DNA of 59,509 nucleotides from positions 1 through 59,509 of the forward strand of contig SYOC01000111.1 of the NCBI GenBank assembly GCA_005804965.1, given 5' to 3'. Position numbers and translations under genes: made by a program. Of this stretch, positions 26,795 through 35,842 are shown one piece after another. Within the stretch, counting starts at the first letter, position 1. Every line of letters starts with the position of its first letter. The notes below the pieces were generated by a model. The model saw only the letters and a list, made by a program, of their open reading frames with translations, had not been told where the DNA came from and did no database searches. Source of the DNA: Pseudomonadota bacterium (GTDB lineage: Bacteria; Desulfobacterota; Binatia; Bin18).

Positions 26795-28132
26795 CTATGC
26801 TGCCAAGCGATCAAGCACGACTGGCATGCCTTCGGACGGTGCGAACGTGACCCCGCGTCTGACAACACGCACAGTCCGCCCGGGAGCGGCATGTAAGGTG
26901 ACGCGGGAGAGGACGCGCGCTAGCACGATCTTCATCTCGTAGAGGGCAAACGCCGCGCCCAAGCAGTAGCGGTTGCCGCCACCAAACGGAAAGAACTCAT
27001 ACGGACTCGGTCGCTTCACAAGAAAACGGTCAGGATCGAAGCGTTCTGGTTGCGGCCAGACTGCGGGGTGATGATGCGTGAGATAAATACACGCCGTGGC
27101 GACGACACCAGCAGGTAACTCGCGCCCGCCGATGCGTACGGGTTCGCGGACATAGCGGCCAACGACCGGCACGATGGGAGTCAAGCGTTGCGCTTCTTTA
27201 ATAACGGCGTCGAGATAGTCGAGCTTCTGCAAGTGTTGCGGCTGCACCGGGTCAGCACCGACAACTTGGTGGAGTTCGGCTTTGAGCTTGTCCACGATTT
27301 CTGGCCGTTGGAGCAGATGATGAAACGTCCACGAAAGCGAGGTGGCCGTTGTTTCGTGACCAGCCACCAGCATAGTCACCAGTTCGTCCCGCAGCTCAAT
27401 GTCCGTGAGCGGCTGGCCTTGCTCGTCCCGTGCCTCAATCAACATCGAGAGAATATCCGTGCGCCCGGCAGCACCGGCGGCTCGACGTTGGCTGATTGCC
27501 TCATAGAGTGCTTGGTCTACTTCTCCGATGAGTTGCATGAGCCGTTGCCGATTGGTGAAGGGACCGAGCAGCCGAGGAAACCAGGGAATCAGGTTGAGGG
27601 GATTAGTACCGAGCGACAGAAGTTCGATAAGCAACGCTCGCAGGTGCGAGAACTGCGCGCCTTCTTCAATGCCGAAGACCGTGCGTAGAATGACATTCAG
27701 GGTGATTTCTTGCATCTCCGCTTGCATTGGGAACGCACGTCCCACCGGCCAGCGGTTGATCGTCTGGTCAGTGATATCAGCCATAATCGTGCTGTACGCC
27801 TGCATCCGCTCGCCATGAAACGGCGGCATCAAGAGCTTGCGTTCTTGGGCGTGGCGTGCACCGTCGAGTACAAGAACGGAGTGCTGTCCGACCAGCGGTT
27901 GAACGATAGCACGAGTCTGCCCGGCTGGCATTTTCTCGGGATCACTGGTGAAGATATCTTTGACCGCCTCGGGGCTGCTAAAGAACACCAGCGGTGGATT
28001 GGCAGGAAGACGCACGGTGAAGCAGTCGCCGTAATGCCGTGCCGCCTGTTGCATGAATGGAATGGGGCGGAACAGCCAGTGGAGCAGTTGGATACTCGAA
28101 GGCAGCTTTGGGCCGGATGGTGTAGATATCAT
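26795..28132 (-). CDS. Cytochrome P450
   Basis: AGHETT (I-helix), EAQR (ExxR), PERF and FGGGNRYCLG heme motifs; start set at MISTP. Confidence 0.96.
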   Translation of the reverse strand: MISTPSGPKLPSSIQLLHWLFRPIPFMQQAARHYGDCFTVRLPANPPLVFFSSPEAVKDIFTSDPEKMPAGQTRAIVQPLVGQHSVLVLDGARHAQERKLLMPPFHGERMQAYSTIMADITDQTINRWPVGRAFPMQAEMQEITLNVILRTVFGIEEGAQFSHLRALLIELLSLGTNPLNLIPWFPRLLGPFTNRQRLMQLIGEVDQALYEAISQRRAAGAAGRTDILSMLIEARDEQGQPLTDIELRDELVTMLVAGHETTATSLSWTFHHLLQRPEIVDKLKAELHQVVGADPVQPQHLQKLDYLDAVIKEAQRLTPIVPVVGRYVREPVRIGGRELPAGVVATACIYLTHHHPAVWPQPERFDPDRFLVKRPSPYEFFPFGGGNRYCLGAAFALYEMKIVLARVLSRVTLHAAPGRTVRVVRRGVTFAPSEGMPVVLDRLAA

Positions 28133-28335
28133 GCCAAACAGCCTAGAAAACTGTCGCTGGGCGGGCAAGCCCAGATGGGGATGGGCAAAAAATAAAGAGA
28201 ACAGATCGTCAAGCAAGCGCTACGCTTCTCGGCAGGATCAAGGCAGGGATCTGGGGCATTCATTCCTCAGCGACCTTAGCGTACAGGTAAACGAGCCCGT
28301 CATTTCGCGAACAGACACAAAAGGAGGAGATAAAC

Positions 28336-29049
28336 ATGGCTCATGATCGTGTAGCAGTCGTAGCTGGTGTCGGTCCAGGCATCGGCGCACGGTTCGTAGA
28401 AACATTCGCGCAAGAAGGGTATCGCGTTGTCGCGCTCGCCCGCAGTGCCGATAATCTTGCTGTCATCCGTGCTGGGCTGGGAGCGCTGGCAGATCGCTGC
28501 GTCTTCTGGCCGACCGATATTACCGATCAAGCGCAGGTGACGCAGATGTTCGCTCGCGTGCGCAGCGAGTTGGGACCCGTCAATCTACTCATTTGCAATT
28601 CCGGCGGCGGCGCGAAACGCGGCTCGTTTCTCACCGTCACCCCGGACGATTTCATGAAGAACCTGCGCGGCGGCGTTTTTGGTCCATTCCTATGCGCCAA
28701 GGAAGCGATTCCCGATATGCTTGCTCACGGTGGTGGCACGGTCGTCTACATCGGCGCGACCAGTTCCGTGAAGGGCTACGCGAAGTCCTCAGCTTTCGCG
28801 ACAGGAAAATTTGCTCTTCGTGCCTTGGCTCAGTGTAATGCCCGTGAGTTCGGGGCGCAGGGTATCCACGTGTTTCACGTCATTATCGACGGTGGCATCG
28901 ACGATATTCCATTGGGAGAAGACCGTGCGGTGCAGCCCGGCATGCTCGACTCGCGCTCAATCGCTCGCGTCGTCGCGCAAGGCGTTGCCCAACCCCGTGA
29001 CACCTGGATGCATGAGATTGACATTCGTCCATCGGTGGAAAATTTCTGA
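28336..29049 (+). CDS. Short-chain dehydrogenase/reductase
   Basis: 'GVGPGIG', 'GAT.S..G....SAFA..KFALR.LAQ..ARE....G.HV.H..IDG'. Confidence 0.92.
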   Translation: MAHDRVAVVAGVGPGIGARFVETFAQEGYRVVALARSADNLAVIRAGLGALADRCVFWPTDITDQAQVTQMFARVRSELGPVNLLICNSGGGAKRGSFLTVTPDDFMKNLRGGVFGPFLCAKEAIPDMLAHGGGTVVYIGATSSVKGYAKSSAFATGKFALRALAQCNAREFGAQGIHVFHVIIDGGIDDIPLGEDRAVQPGMLDSRSIARVVAQGVAQPRDTWMHEIDIRPSVENF

Positions 29050-29089
29050 ACAGTCGCCCTGATTACCATACTCACCTAGGAGGTTTCCC

Positions 29090-29899
29090 ATGTCAGAAAC
29101 ACACGCGCACTTTACCGGGTCAATTCCAGAAATCTACGATCGCCATCTCGGTCCAGTCATTTTCTCTCCGTATGCCATAGATCTTGCTCGTCGCCTCGCT
29201 CCTCTCGCAAACGGCCCGGTGCTAGAAACCGCTTGCGGCACCGGCATCCTCACCCAGCAGTTATGTACACAACTCCCTGCCACCGCACCTCTGACGGCCA
29301 CGGACCTCAACCCACCGATGATCGACTATGCTCGTGCGAAGTTGAGTGACGCTGGGCGAGTGACTTGGCAACAAGCGGACGCAGCCGCATTACCATTCGC
29401 GGCAGCAACGTTCGCTGCTGTCGCTTGTCAATTCGGCGTGATGTTCGTACCCGACAAGCCAGCATTCTTTCGTGAGGCACGCCGGGTACTGCAAGAAGGT
29501 GGAGTATTCGCCTTTAACGTCTGGGATAGCTTGGCGCAAAACCCGTTCGCCCGCCTTGCCCACGAGACGATCAGCGGATTCTTTCCCGTCAACCCACCTC
29601 CCTTTTTCCAGATTCCTTTTGGCTTCCACGATGCCGACGTTCTTCGCAATTTCTTGACCGCAAACGGCTTTGACCATGTGGAGATTGAGCGCGTCAGCCG
29701 CGAGACGGTGAGTCCATCGGCAGAGTCGTTCGCTACTGGGCTGGTGCGAGGAACGCCTGTCAGCAACGCGATTCAGGAACGTGGGGCGTCTTTCGAGGAT
29801 ATCGTCGCGGCGGTGGCGGCGGCACTCACGCGTGAAGGCGGAGCCCAGCCGTTTCGCTCCACCATGCGAGCCGTTGTAGTCACGGCACGCGCAAAATAA
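29090..29899 (+). CDS. Class I SAM-dependent methyltransferase (UbiE-like)
   Basis: 'F.GSIP..YD..L.P', 'LETACGTG', 'ADA..LPF' and 'CQFGVMF.PD' motifs. Confidence 0.92.
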   Translation: MSETHAHFTGSIPEIYDRHLGPVIFSPYAIDLARRLAPLANGPVLETACGTGILTQQLCTQLPATAPLTATDLNPPMIDYARAKLSDAGRVTWQQADAAALPFAAATFAAVACQFGVMFVPDKPAFFREARRVLQEGGVFAFNVWDSLAQNPFARLAHETISGFFPVNPPPFFQIPFGFHDADVLRNFLTANGFDHVEIERVSRETVSPSAESFATGLVRGTPVSNAIQERGASFEDIVAAVAAALTREGGAQPFRSTMRAVVVTARAK

Positions 29900-29974
29900 A
29901 GCGAAAGAGGGCAGCAGCTTCCCCCTGTTTACGGCAGGCGTCTTGAGCGGACGCCTCGCCTGCACCCACTTGTG

Positions 29975-30613
29975 TCACAGAAAAGTTTCTCCGCGTCGAA
30001 TATGCTCGATCCACACACGCTTCGCGCCTAAGGCCAACAGGCGTGCGTTTTCTGGATCATCCAGCGCCAGGACTGGTTTTCCCCAGGACACGACTTCGTC
30101 ACACAGCTGCTCAAGCCGGCCTCGTGGTGTGGCATGAGCAATCAGGAGTGCATCCGCCAGCGCAGCAACGAAGCGATTGCGCTCCAGCGCGTGCTGCGTC
30201 GTGGTTTCTTGCTGTGCAGAGGAAAACGGGGAGAGCAACAATAAATGCTCTCGCGCCAATGCCGCTTTCCATGCGCTGCTGAGACGCAGACGGTCCAGGC
30301 TTCGTGCAGGACACAAGATGACTGATGCGCCGTGCTGGAGAAGCGTCGTCAGACACTCTTTCTCCATAGGCGAGTGAAACCCGCTCAGCACAGTTACCCC
30401 AGCCTCACTCAATGCCCGGGCGAGATCATACGTGCGTAAAATAATGGCTTCAGAACATTGCACGGAACAAAACAGTGCCACGACAGGCTTACGACGTAGC
30501 AGTGCCAGCGACCCGCGCGCCGTGAGTATCGCTGGAATCTGGTCCGCAAGATGCAGAAAAAGAGAAGGCGGGTAGGCGGGGTCCGTGCTAGGGATACGCA
30601 TCAACTCATCCAT
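29975..30613 (-). CDS. Short DprA/Smf-like (SLOG fold) protein
   Basis: 'DP.YP..L', 'ALFCS..C', 'SGFHSPMEKECL' and 'RNRFVAALAD' motifs; core domain only. Confidence 0.75.
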   Translation of the reverse strand: MDELMRIPSTDPAYPPSLFLHLADQIPAILTARGSLALLRRKPVVALFCSVQCSEAIILRTYDLARALSEAGVTVLSGFHSPMEKECLTTLLQHGASVILCPARSLDRLRLSSAWKAALAREHLLLLSPFSSAQQETTTQHALERNRFVAALADALLIAHATPRGRLEQLCDEVVSWGKPVLALDDPENARLLALGAKRVWIEHIRRGETFL

Positions 30614-30671
30614 AGCAACAGGATGAGCATAGGAGGCTGTCTCTTGTCAAGGAGAAGAGGAAAGCGAATGA

Positions 30672-30797
30672 CTAGAACCTCTCCCTAAGCCTCCTAATGC
30701 TGTCATTCTGAGCCGTGTCAGCGGCGAAGAGTCTCGCTTTGAGATCCTTCGCTGCGCTCAGGATGACATGGCCGTGGAGTTTAGGGATGACTTCTAG
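30672..30797. mobile_element. MITE-like element (family B): CTAG-bounded imperfect inverted repeats enclosing a REP-like palindrome (30701-30768)
   Basis: CTAGAACCTCTCCCTAAGCCTCC ... GGAGTTTAGGGATGACTTCTAG; inner TGTCATTCTGAGC...GCTCAGGATGACA. Confidence 0.6.
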
Positions 30798-30811
30798 GGT
30801 GGAGATCACCC

Positions 30812-30897
30812 CCGCCCATCTGGTGACTGAAGCCGGCGATGGCGGTGAACATGATGGCGGCCAGCTGGTGCGTTTTGGCTTGCGCCACTTCGGCTAT
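30812..30897 (-). pseudogene. Relic N-terminus of a class III adenylate/guanylate cyclase
   Basis: Minus strand reads IAEVAQAKTHQLAAIMFTAIAGFSHQMG, matching the 'LAAIMFTDI.GFS..M' cyclase motif with Asp changed to Ala. Confidence 0.6.
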
Positions 30898-30944
30898 AGC
30901 AAAGATCCCTTCAGGCGTCCCCTCTCCTCCGGGAGCGTTGTCCG

Positions 30945-33125
30945 TTAAAACTCGTAGGCCATCGCCAACCCACCGTAGGCGTTGAAGTCCGGTGCTGGCT
31001 CAAAGAATCTGTTTGCAGCGGCATTGAGTCGCACGAGACCGTTGTAACGTTCATTGGTCAAGTTATTAAGCCCGACAAACGGTGCGAGCCGGATGCTGCC
31101 AAGGTTCACCTCATAACCGAAGCGGAGATTCAGCACGGTGTAGGCGTCATTCTGAAAGGTGTTGGCGTCGTTGGCAAAGAAGTGATCCACAAAGAAGATG
31201 TTGAACGCGCCGTACAGCCCGGAGCGGTGCGAGTACAACAGCTCGGTGAACAGTTGATTGGGCGGAATGCCAGGCTCGTCGTTGTCACTGAAGTCGCTCG
31301 TTGAAGTTCGATAGCGGTCAAAGCTGGCCTCTAAATAGGTATACGCCAGCGACCAGACCAAGTTTTGCATGATGGGATAATCGAAGTGAAACTCTACGCC
31401 ACGCCGCGTCGAGCGCCCGGCATTGCGAAAGAAGGTGCGTCCCGATGACCCCTCGAATTGAATCAGTTCGTCATCCAACACGATCCAGAACAAGGCCACG
31501 TCATAGGAGAGGCGATCAAGTACGGTACCACGTGCGCCGACTTCGTAGTTAATGGCCTTTTGCGGCTCGATGTCTGGGTTGAAGCCGCCACCTTCATTGG
31601 GGTTGGCAAACTCAGTCGTCGTCGGCACTTGAAACGCTGTGGACACGTTGCCGTACAAAGTTAGGAACGACCACGGGCTATAAAGAATGCCGCCCATAGG
31701 ACTGAGCTGGGTCATGGTGCGGCTGCCAGACTCGTTGCCATCAGAAAGGAACTGATCCTCCACGCCAAATTCTATGCTGTCGTAACGCAGGCCAAAACTG
31801 AGTTGAAGATTGTCCTGTAAGTAGAATTCATCGCGTATGAACGGCCCAATGCTCGTCACATCCTCGTCTTGGTGGAAACGCTTCTTGCCGCGATTATCGT
31901 TCAGATTATTGAAGCGTCGCCGATTATCGAGCTGGTATTGCGTATCGAGACCGATGATCAAGCGATTGCGAAACCCGCCAATCGGCGTGTCGATACTGTA
32001 TTTCACGCCGCCACCAACGCCGAAGCGATCAAACACCACGATACCGCCACCTGCACTGGGAAAGATGGGCAATTTGCCTGTGAATTGGCGAAACATCGAG
32101 TACTGTGTGATAGTGAGTTCGTGCCCGGGCAAGATCTCATGACGATACACGAACCCCAATTTGCCCTGACGGAGCCGCTCTCCTGCATCTTGGATCACGT
32201 TGACATCCCGCGCTTGGCGGCGATTGGCCGCGACTTGCAGTACCGTCAACCCACCAGCGTCTTCCGCCAGCGGCGCATCGGTAAAGGTCAGCAGCGTGGT
32301 CAGATCCGCCTGCTCAGAAATCGTGTAGCGGAGTTTGCCATTGGCAATAACATTCTGCGCACGGCTCTGATCGCGAAAGCCATTGATGGTGAAATAAGAG
32401 GTATTGAAAAAATAATTGAGCTTGCCGATCTGTCCGCCAGCTTTGGTCTGATATTTCTGCATGCCGAAATAGCCGCCCGTCAAGCGGGTTTCGAGAAACG
32501 GACGCGCAGGACCATCTTCGGTGATGATATTGATGACCCCGCCCGAAGCGTTACCATAGAGTGAGGACACCGGTCCCCGCAGGACTTCGATGCGTTGCAC
32601 CGCACCTAAGTCGAGAGTGTCGATTTCTGTCTGTCCATCGGGCGACGTTTCCGGCAGGCCATCGACGATCAATTTAATCTCGCGGATGCCGAAGGCAGCC
32701 CGTGTGCCGAACCCGCGAATCGACAAGCGCTGATCTTGTGCGAAGTTGAAATTATTCTGAGGAAACACACCTGGCACGCGGCTCAACGATTCATCAAGGG
32801 TAATGGTCGGCTGTCCGAGTTGGATATCACTCTGCTCGACAACACTTACCGCCGCTGGCACCTCAGTAATCGGCGTATCGCTTCGCGTGGCCGAGACCAC
32901 CACCGGAGGCAGCGTCGTTGTCGTTGTCTTCTCTTCTGTAGATACGGTCGCGCTTGCTTGTGTCGCTGCACCTTGCTCCGCTGTGGTTGGAGGCGAGGCT
33001 GGCGGTGTTTGGTCTTGCGCCCAACTCTGCTCCCAGAGGAACACAGCAAGAAAGAGGATCGCAAGAGTCGGTTGACGCAATTGGCGATTCGCTTGGGGGT
33101 TCCGGTTGTATTGGTGGATAGACAT
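30945..33125 (-). CDS. TonB-dependent receptor (YncD-like)
   Basis: 'VVVSATR' TonB-box region, 'NFAQD.RLSIRGFG.R..FG.R', 'IEVLRGP.S.LYGNASGGVINI', C-terminal Phe; start set at MSIH. Confidence 0.93.
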   Translation of the reverse strand: MSIHQYNRNPQANRQLRQPTLAILFLAVFLWEQSWAQDQTPPASPPTTAEQGAATQASATVSTEEKTTTTTLPPVVVSATRSDTPITEVPAAVSVVEQSDIQLGQPTITLDESLSRVPGVFPQNNFNFAQDQRLSIRGFGTRAAFGIREIKLIVDGLPETSPDGQTEIDTLDLGAVQRIEVLRGPVSSLYGNASGGVINIITEDGPARPFLETRLTGGYFGMQKYQTKAGGQIGKLNYFFNTSYFTINGFRDQSRAQNVIANGKLRYTISEQADLTTLLTFTDAPLAEDAGGLTVLQVAANRRQARDVNVIQDAGERLRQGKLGFVYRHEILPGHELTITQYSMFRQFTGKLPIFPSAGGGIVVFDRFGVGGGVKYSIDTPIGGFRNRLIIGLDTQYQLDNRRRFNNLNDNRGKKRFHQDEDVTSIGPFIRDEFYLQDNLQLSFGLRYDSIEFGVEDQFLSDGNESGSRTMTQLSPMGGILYSPWSFLTLYGNVSTAFQVPTTTEFANPNEGGGFNPDIEPQKAINYEVGARGTVLDRLSYDVALFWIVLDDELIQFEGSSGRTFFRNAGRSTRRGVEFHFDYPIMQNLVWSLAYTYLEASFDRYRTSTSDFSDNDEPGIPPNQLFTELLYSHRSGLYGAFNIFFVDHFFANDANTFQNDAYTVLNLRFGYEVNLGSIRLAPFVGLNNLTNERYNGLVRLNAAANRFFEPAPDFNAYGGLAMAYEF

Positions 33126-33237
33126 GGACTTTTCTTTATGACCTTCTCGCGTAGAGGGCAACAGCCTCGACCGCAGAGACTCGCTTGCTTGACTCTTGCC
33201 ACAGGTCCGGCCATAGTTGCGGCGCGGAGTAGGAACG

Positions 33238-33582
33238 ATGAATATCCAGATTTTTGGCGTTAACAAATGCGCTGAGACTCGCAAAGCACAGCGGTTCTTT
33301 AAGGAGCGCGGCATTCGCTTTCAGTTCGTCGATTTAGCTGAGAAAGGGCTTTCGAAAGGCGAGCTGCGGTCGGTGGCAGCAAAAACGCAATTGGAACCAT
33401 TGCTCGACCGCGCCAGTCCGCGCTTTGCGGCAAAAGGGTTGACCCACGCTTGGCTCGACGCACCCAAGATCGAAGGTCTGCTCCTCGATGATCCACTGCT
33501 CTTCCGCACCCCTATCGTTCGTAACGGCAAAGACGCGACGGTAGGGTATTGCCCGGAGGTGTGGAAAACTTGGCAGTCTTGA
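33238..33582 (+). CDS. ArsC/Spx family protein
   Basis: 'MNIQIFG..KC..TRKA.RFFKER.I', 'P.L.RTPIVRNG...TVG'. Confidence 0.9.
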   Translation: MNIQIFGVNKCAETRKAQRFFKERGIRFQFVDLAEKGLSKGELRSVAAKTQLEPLLDRASPRFAAKGLTHAWLDAPKIEGLLLDDPLLFRTPIVRNGKDATVGYCPEVWKTWQS

Positions 33583-33658
33583 GCGAGGGGGGGTGCATGT
33601 GTCAGCCATTGCCACCTTTTCTGATGCGGCATATATCTCTCGCGGGAGAGGAAGAGTT

Positions 33659-34534
33659 ATGCCAGAACGGCACGAACGTATTCTCGATGAAACTGAAGCG
33701 GCGAGCTGGGTACACGACGGGATGACCATTGCCGTGGGGTCGCCGGCTCCGATGATGCTCCTCCGCCACATCATCCGACGTGGCGTCAAAAATCTCACCG
33801 TGGTCGATAGCGGACTGAGTCTCGATCTCCTTATTGCTGCCGGCTGTGTGCGGAAAGTGGTGAGCTATTACGCTGGCGGTGGCTTCGGTGTGCCGGTGGC
33901 ACCATCGTTTCGCCGTGCGGTGGAACGTGGCGAAATCGAAGTGTGGGAGTGTGAAGAAGGTATTCTCACCACCGGCCTGCAAGCTGCGGCTCAAGCCTTA
34001 CCTTTTTTACCTTGGCGTGGTGGTGTTGGCACCTCACTCCCCGAGATCAACCCTGATCTGAAACTGATGCAGGACCCGATTCGCGGCGAAACCTTAATCG
34101 CCGTGCCGCCGATTAAGCCAGATCTCGCGCTGCTCCATGCCGCGACGGCTGATGCGTATGGCAACGTCCAGCATTGTGGTGGTCCAGGGTGGTTAGACCT
34201 GTTCCTCCACCGTGCGGCGGATCGTACTCTCGTGCAAGTCGAGCGCATCATTCCGAATGAAGAAGTGCGTGCGAATCCTTGGGCGACGACCATTGCTGGG
34301 GCCGATGCGATCGTGCGTGCTCCCTACGGCGCACATCCGTTCTACAGCCGTGGGTGCTACGTGCAAGACAATGCCTTCTTGCGGACCTACGTGGAAGCCG
34401 CGACTGCGGCGCAAACAGGAAAACCGGAGTCCCTTCACCAGTATCTGACCTACTATTGTCGCGAACCAGCCACGCATGGCGATTACCTCGAACGGGTTGG
34501 AATAAAGCACTTGCTCGGGCTGTATGAATACTAG
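33659..34534 (+). CDS. CoA-transferase family I alpha subunit (GctA/IpdA-like)
   Basis: 'V.DGMTI..G', 'DLLI.AGCV', 'GL.AAA..LPFLP.R', 'PD.A..HA..AD.YGN' and 'P.GAHP' motifs. Confidence 0.88.
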   Translation: MPERHERILDETEAASWVHDGMTIAVGSPAPMMLLRHIIRRGVKNLTVVDSGLSLDLLIAAGCVRKVVSYYAGGGFGVPVAPSFRRAVERGEIEVWECEEGILTTGLQAAAQALPFLPWRGGVGTSLPEINPDLKLMQDPIRGETLIAVPPIKPDLALLHAATADAYGNVQHCGGPGWLDLFLHRAADRTLVQVERIIPNEEVRANPWATTIAGADAIVRAPYGAHPFYSRGCYVQDNAFLRTYVEAATAAQTGKPESLHQYLTYYCREPATHGDYLERVGIKHLLGLYEY

Positions 34535-34562
34535 GAGCCTCTCCGGGGAACAGCGGATGGCA

Positions 34563-34635
34563 TGTCATGTCGAGTGGAGCGAGACATCTTCCTTGAACGG
34601 GTCAGGCAAGATTCTTCGCTACGCTCAGAATGACA
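34563..34635. repeat. Family B REP-like palindrome between the two CoA-transferase subunit genes
   Basis: TGTCATGTCGAG...GATTCTTCGCTACGCTCAGAATGACA. Confidence 0.7.
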
Positions 34636-34656
34636 ATGACAAGGATGAAGAACGTT

Positions 34657-35451
34657 ATGCCCAGTGAATACTCGCCCCAAGAATTGATGGCGATCTTTCT
34701 CGCACGCGACCTTCAGGACGGCGATGTCTTGCGGGTGGGCGTCGCGATGCCGGTCGTGGAAGCTGCGGTGCGCCTCGCCCATATCATGCACGGCCCCAAC
34801 ATGGAGCTGATTTTTTTAGGCGCACGTATGAACGTGGCGCATCTCGATAGCCTTCCCATGCCAGCGTTTGGCTGGGATCGTCGCGTGGTGCGCTGGGCCG
34901 AATCTTACAGCGATAGCGGACATCGCTTTGATCGTATCAAAGACTGGGGGCGACACGTATTTTTCATCGGCGGCGTGCAAGTGGACCCGCATGGTAATAC
35001 CAACCTCATCGGCATTGGTCCGGATTACCATCACCTACGCTTTCGCGGGCCTGGGTCGGTAGGTACGCCGACACTGAGCACTCACGTCGGGCGCTATTAC
35101 ATCGTCCTGAATTCCCACTCGCCACGTATCTTTGTTGAACGCTGCGACTACATTAGCGCGTATGGTTGGGGCACTGGCGGGGCAGATGCGCGGCAGAAGC
35201 TGGGGCTGCCCGGTGGCGGGCCAAAATACTGTGTGACGCCGCTGTGCGTGATGGATTTTACCGAAGACACGAAACACTTGCGTCTTCACTCGACCCATCC
35301 CGGTGTCTTGGCTGCTGAAGTACAGGCCCAGACTGGGTTCTCTTTGGCCACCACGGCAACCCCGGCTCTAACGTCACCCCCGAGCGAGGAAGAGTTGCGG
35401 GTGTTACGCACGCGTGTGGATCTCTCTGGAATGTTACGCCGTTCCGCATAG
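34657..35451 (+). CDS. CoA-transferase family I beta subunit (GctB/IpdB-like)
   Basis: 'Y...ELMA...AR.L.DG', 'GG.QVD..GN.NL..IG', 'TPL.V.DF', 'HPGV....V...TGF' and 'P..EEL..LR..D'; start may instead be 34630-34645. Confidence 0.86.
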   Translation: MPSEYSPQELMAIFLARDLQDGDVLRVGVAMPVVEAAVRLAHIMHGPNMELIFLGARMNVAHLDSLPMPAFGWDRRVVRWAESYSDSGHRFDRIKDWGRHVFFIGGVQVDPHGNTNLIGIGPDYHHLRFRGPGSVGTPTLSTHVGRYYIVLNSHSPRIFVERCDYISAYGWGTGGADARQKLGLPGGGPKYCVTPLCVMDFTEDTKHLRLHSTHPGVLAAEVQAQTGFSLATTATPALTSPPSEEELRVLRTRVDLSGMLRRSA

Positions 35452-35468
35452 GAGAAAAGGAGCAAACA

Positions 35469-35741
35469 ATGGCGCGACTCAAGATCCTGGACATGGAAAA
35501 AAGGAAGGACCGTCCACGACGCTACACCGGATATCTCTGTACGCTCGGCGGCGGCAAGCAGGTGCATGCCTGGGTCTCGACTGACGAGCTCGACCTCGAA
35601 TTCCACGGTATCGACCTCAAAGCCGTCTGCAAGCTCGCGGTCGAACGCGCTTCTGAAGCCGACCTCGCCAAAGGCGAAGTACTGGTTCCGCGTGCCTTGC
35701 TCATCGAAGTAGAAAAGCAAGAACACGCAGGCGGACGGTGA
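35469..35741 (+). CDS. Hypothetical protein (90 aa)
   Basis: AGGAG RBS, 17 bp after the previous stop, codon usage like its neighbours. Confidence 0.65.
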   Translation: MARLKILDMEKRKDRPRRYTGYLCTLGGGKQVHAWVSTDELDLEFHGIDLKAVCKLAVERASEADLAKGEVLVPRALLIEVEKQEHAGGR

Positions 35742-35749
35742 GCAAGAAG

Positions 35750-35842
35750 AAGTTTATAGGGTTTGTGGGGTTCGAGATCTCGTAAGGTCAGAGCAAAATC
35801 CAACGAACTCAATTAACTCAACAAACCCAACCAACTCAATTA
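35750..35842. repeat. Degenerate 9-bp tandem repeats in inverted arrangement
   Basis: AACTCAATT-AACTCAACA-AACCCAACC-AACTCAATT facing a GTTTATAGG/GTTTGTGGG arm. Confidence 0.6.

Noticed and set aside
26795-29899. P450, SDR and methyltransferase as a biosynthetic gene cluster
   Set aside because: No scaffold-forming enzyme or precursor peptide seen, and the genes are divergently arranged
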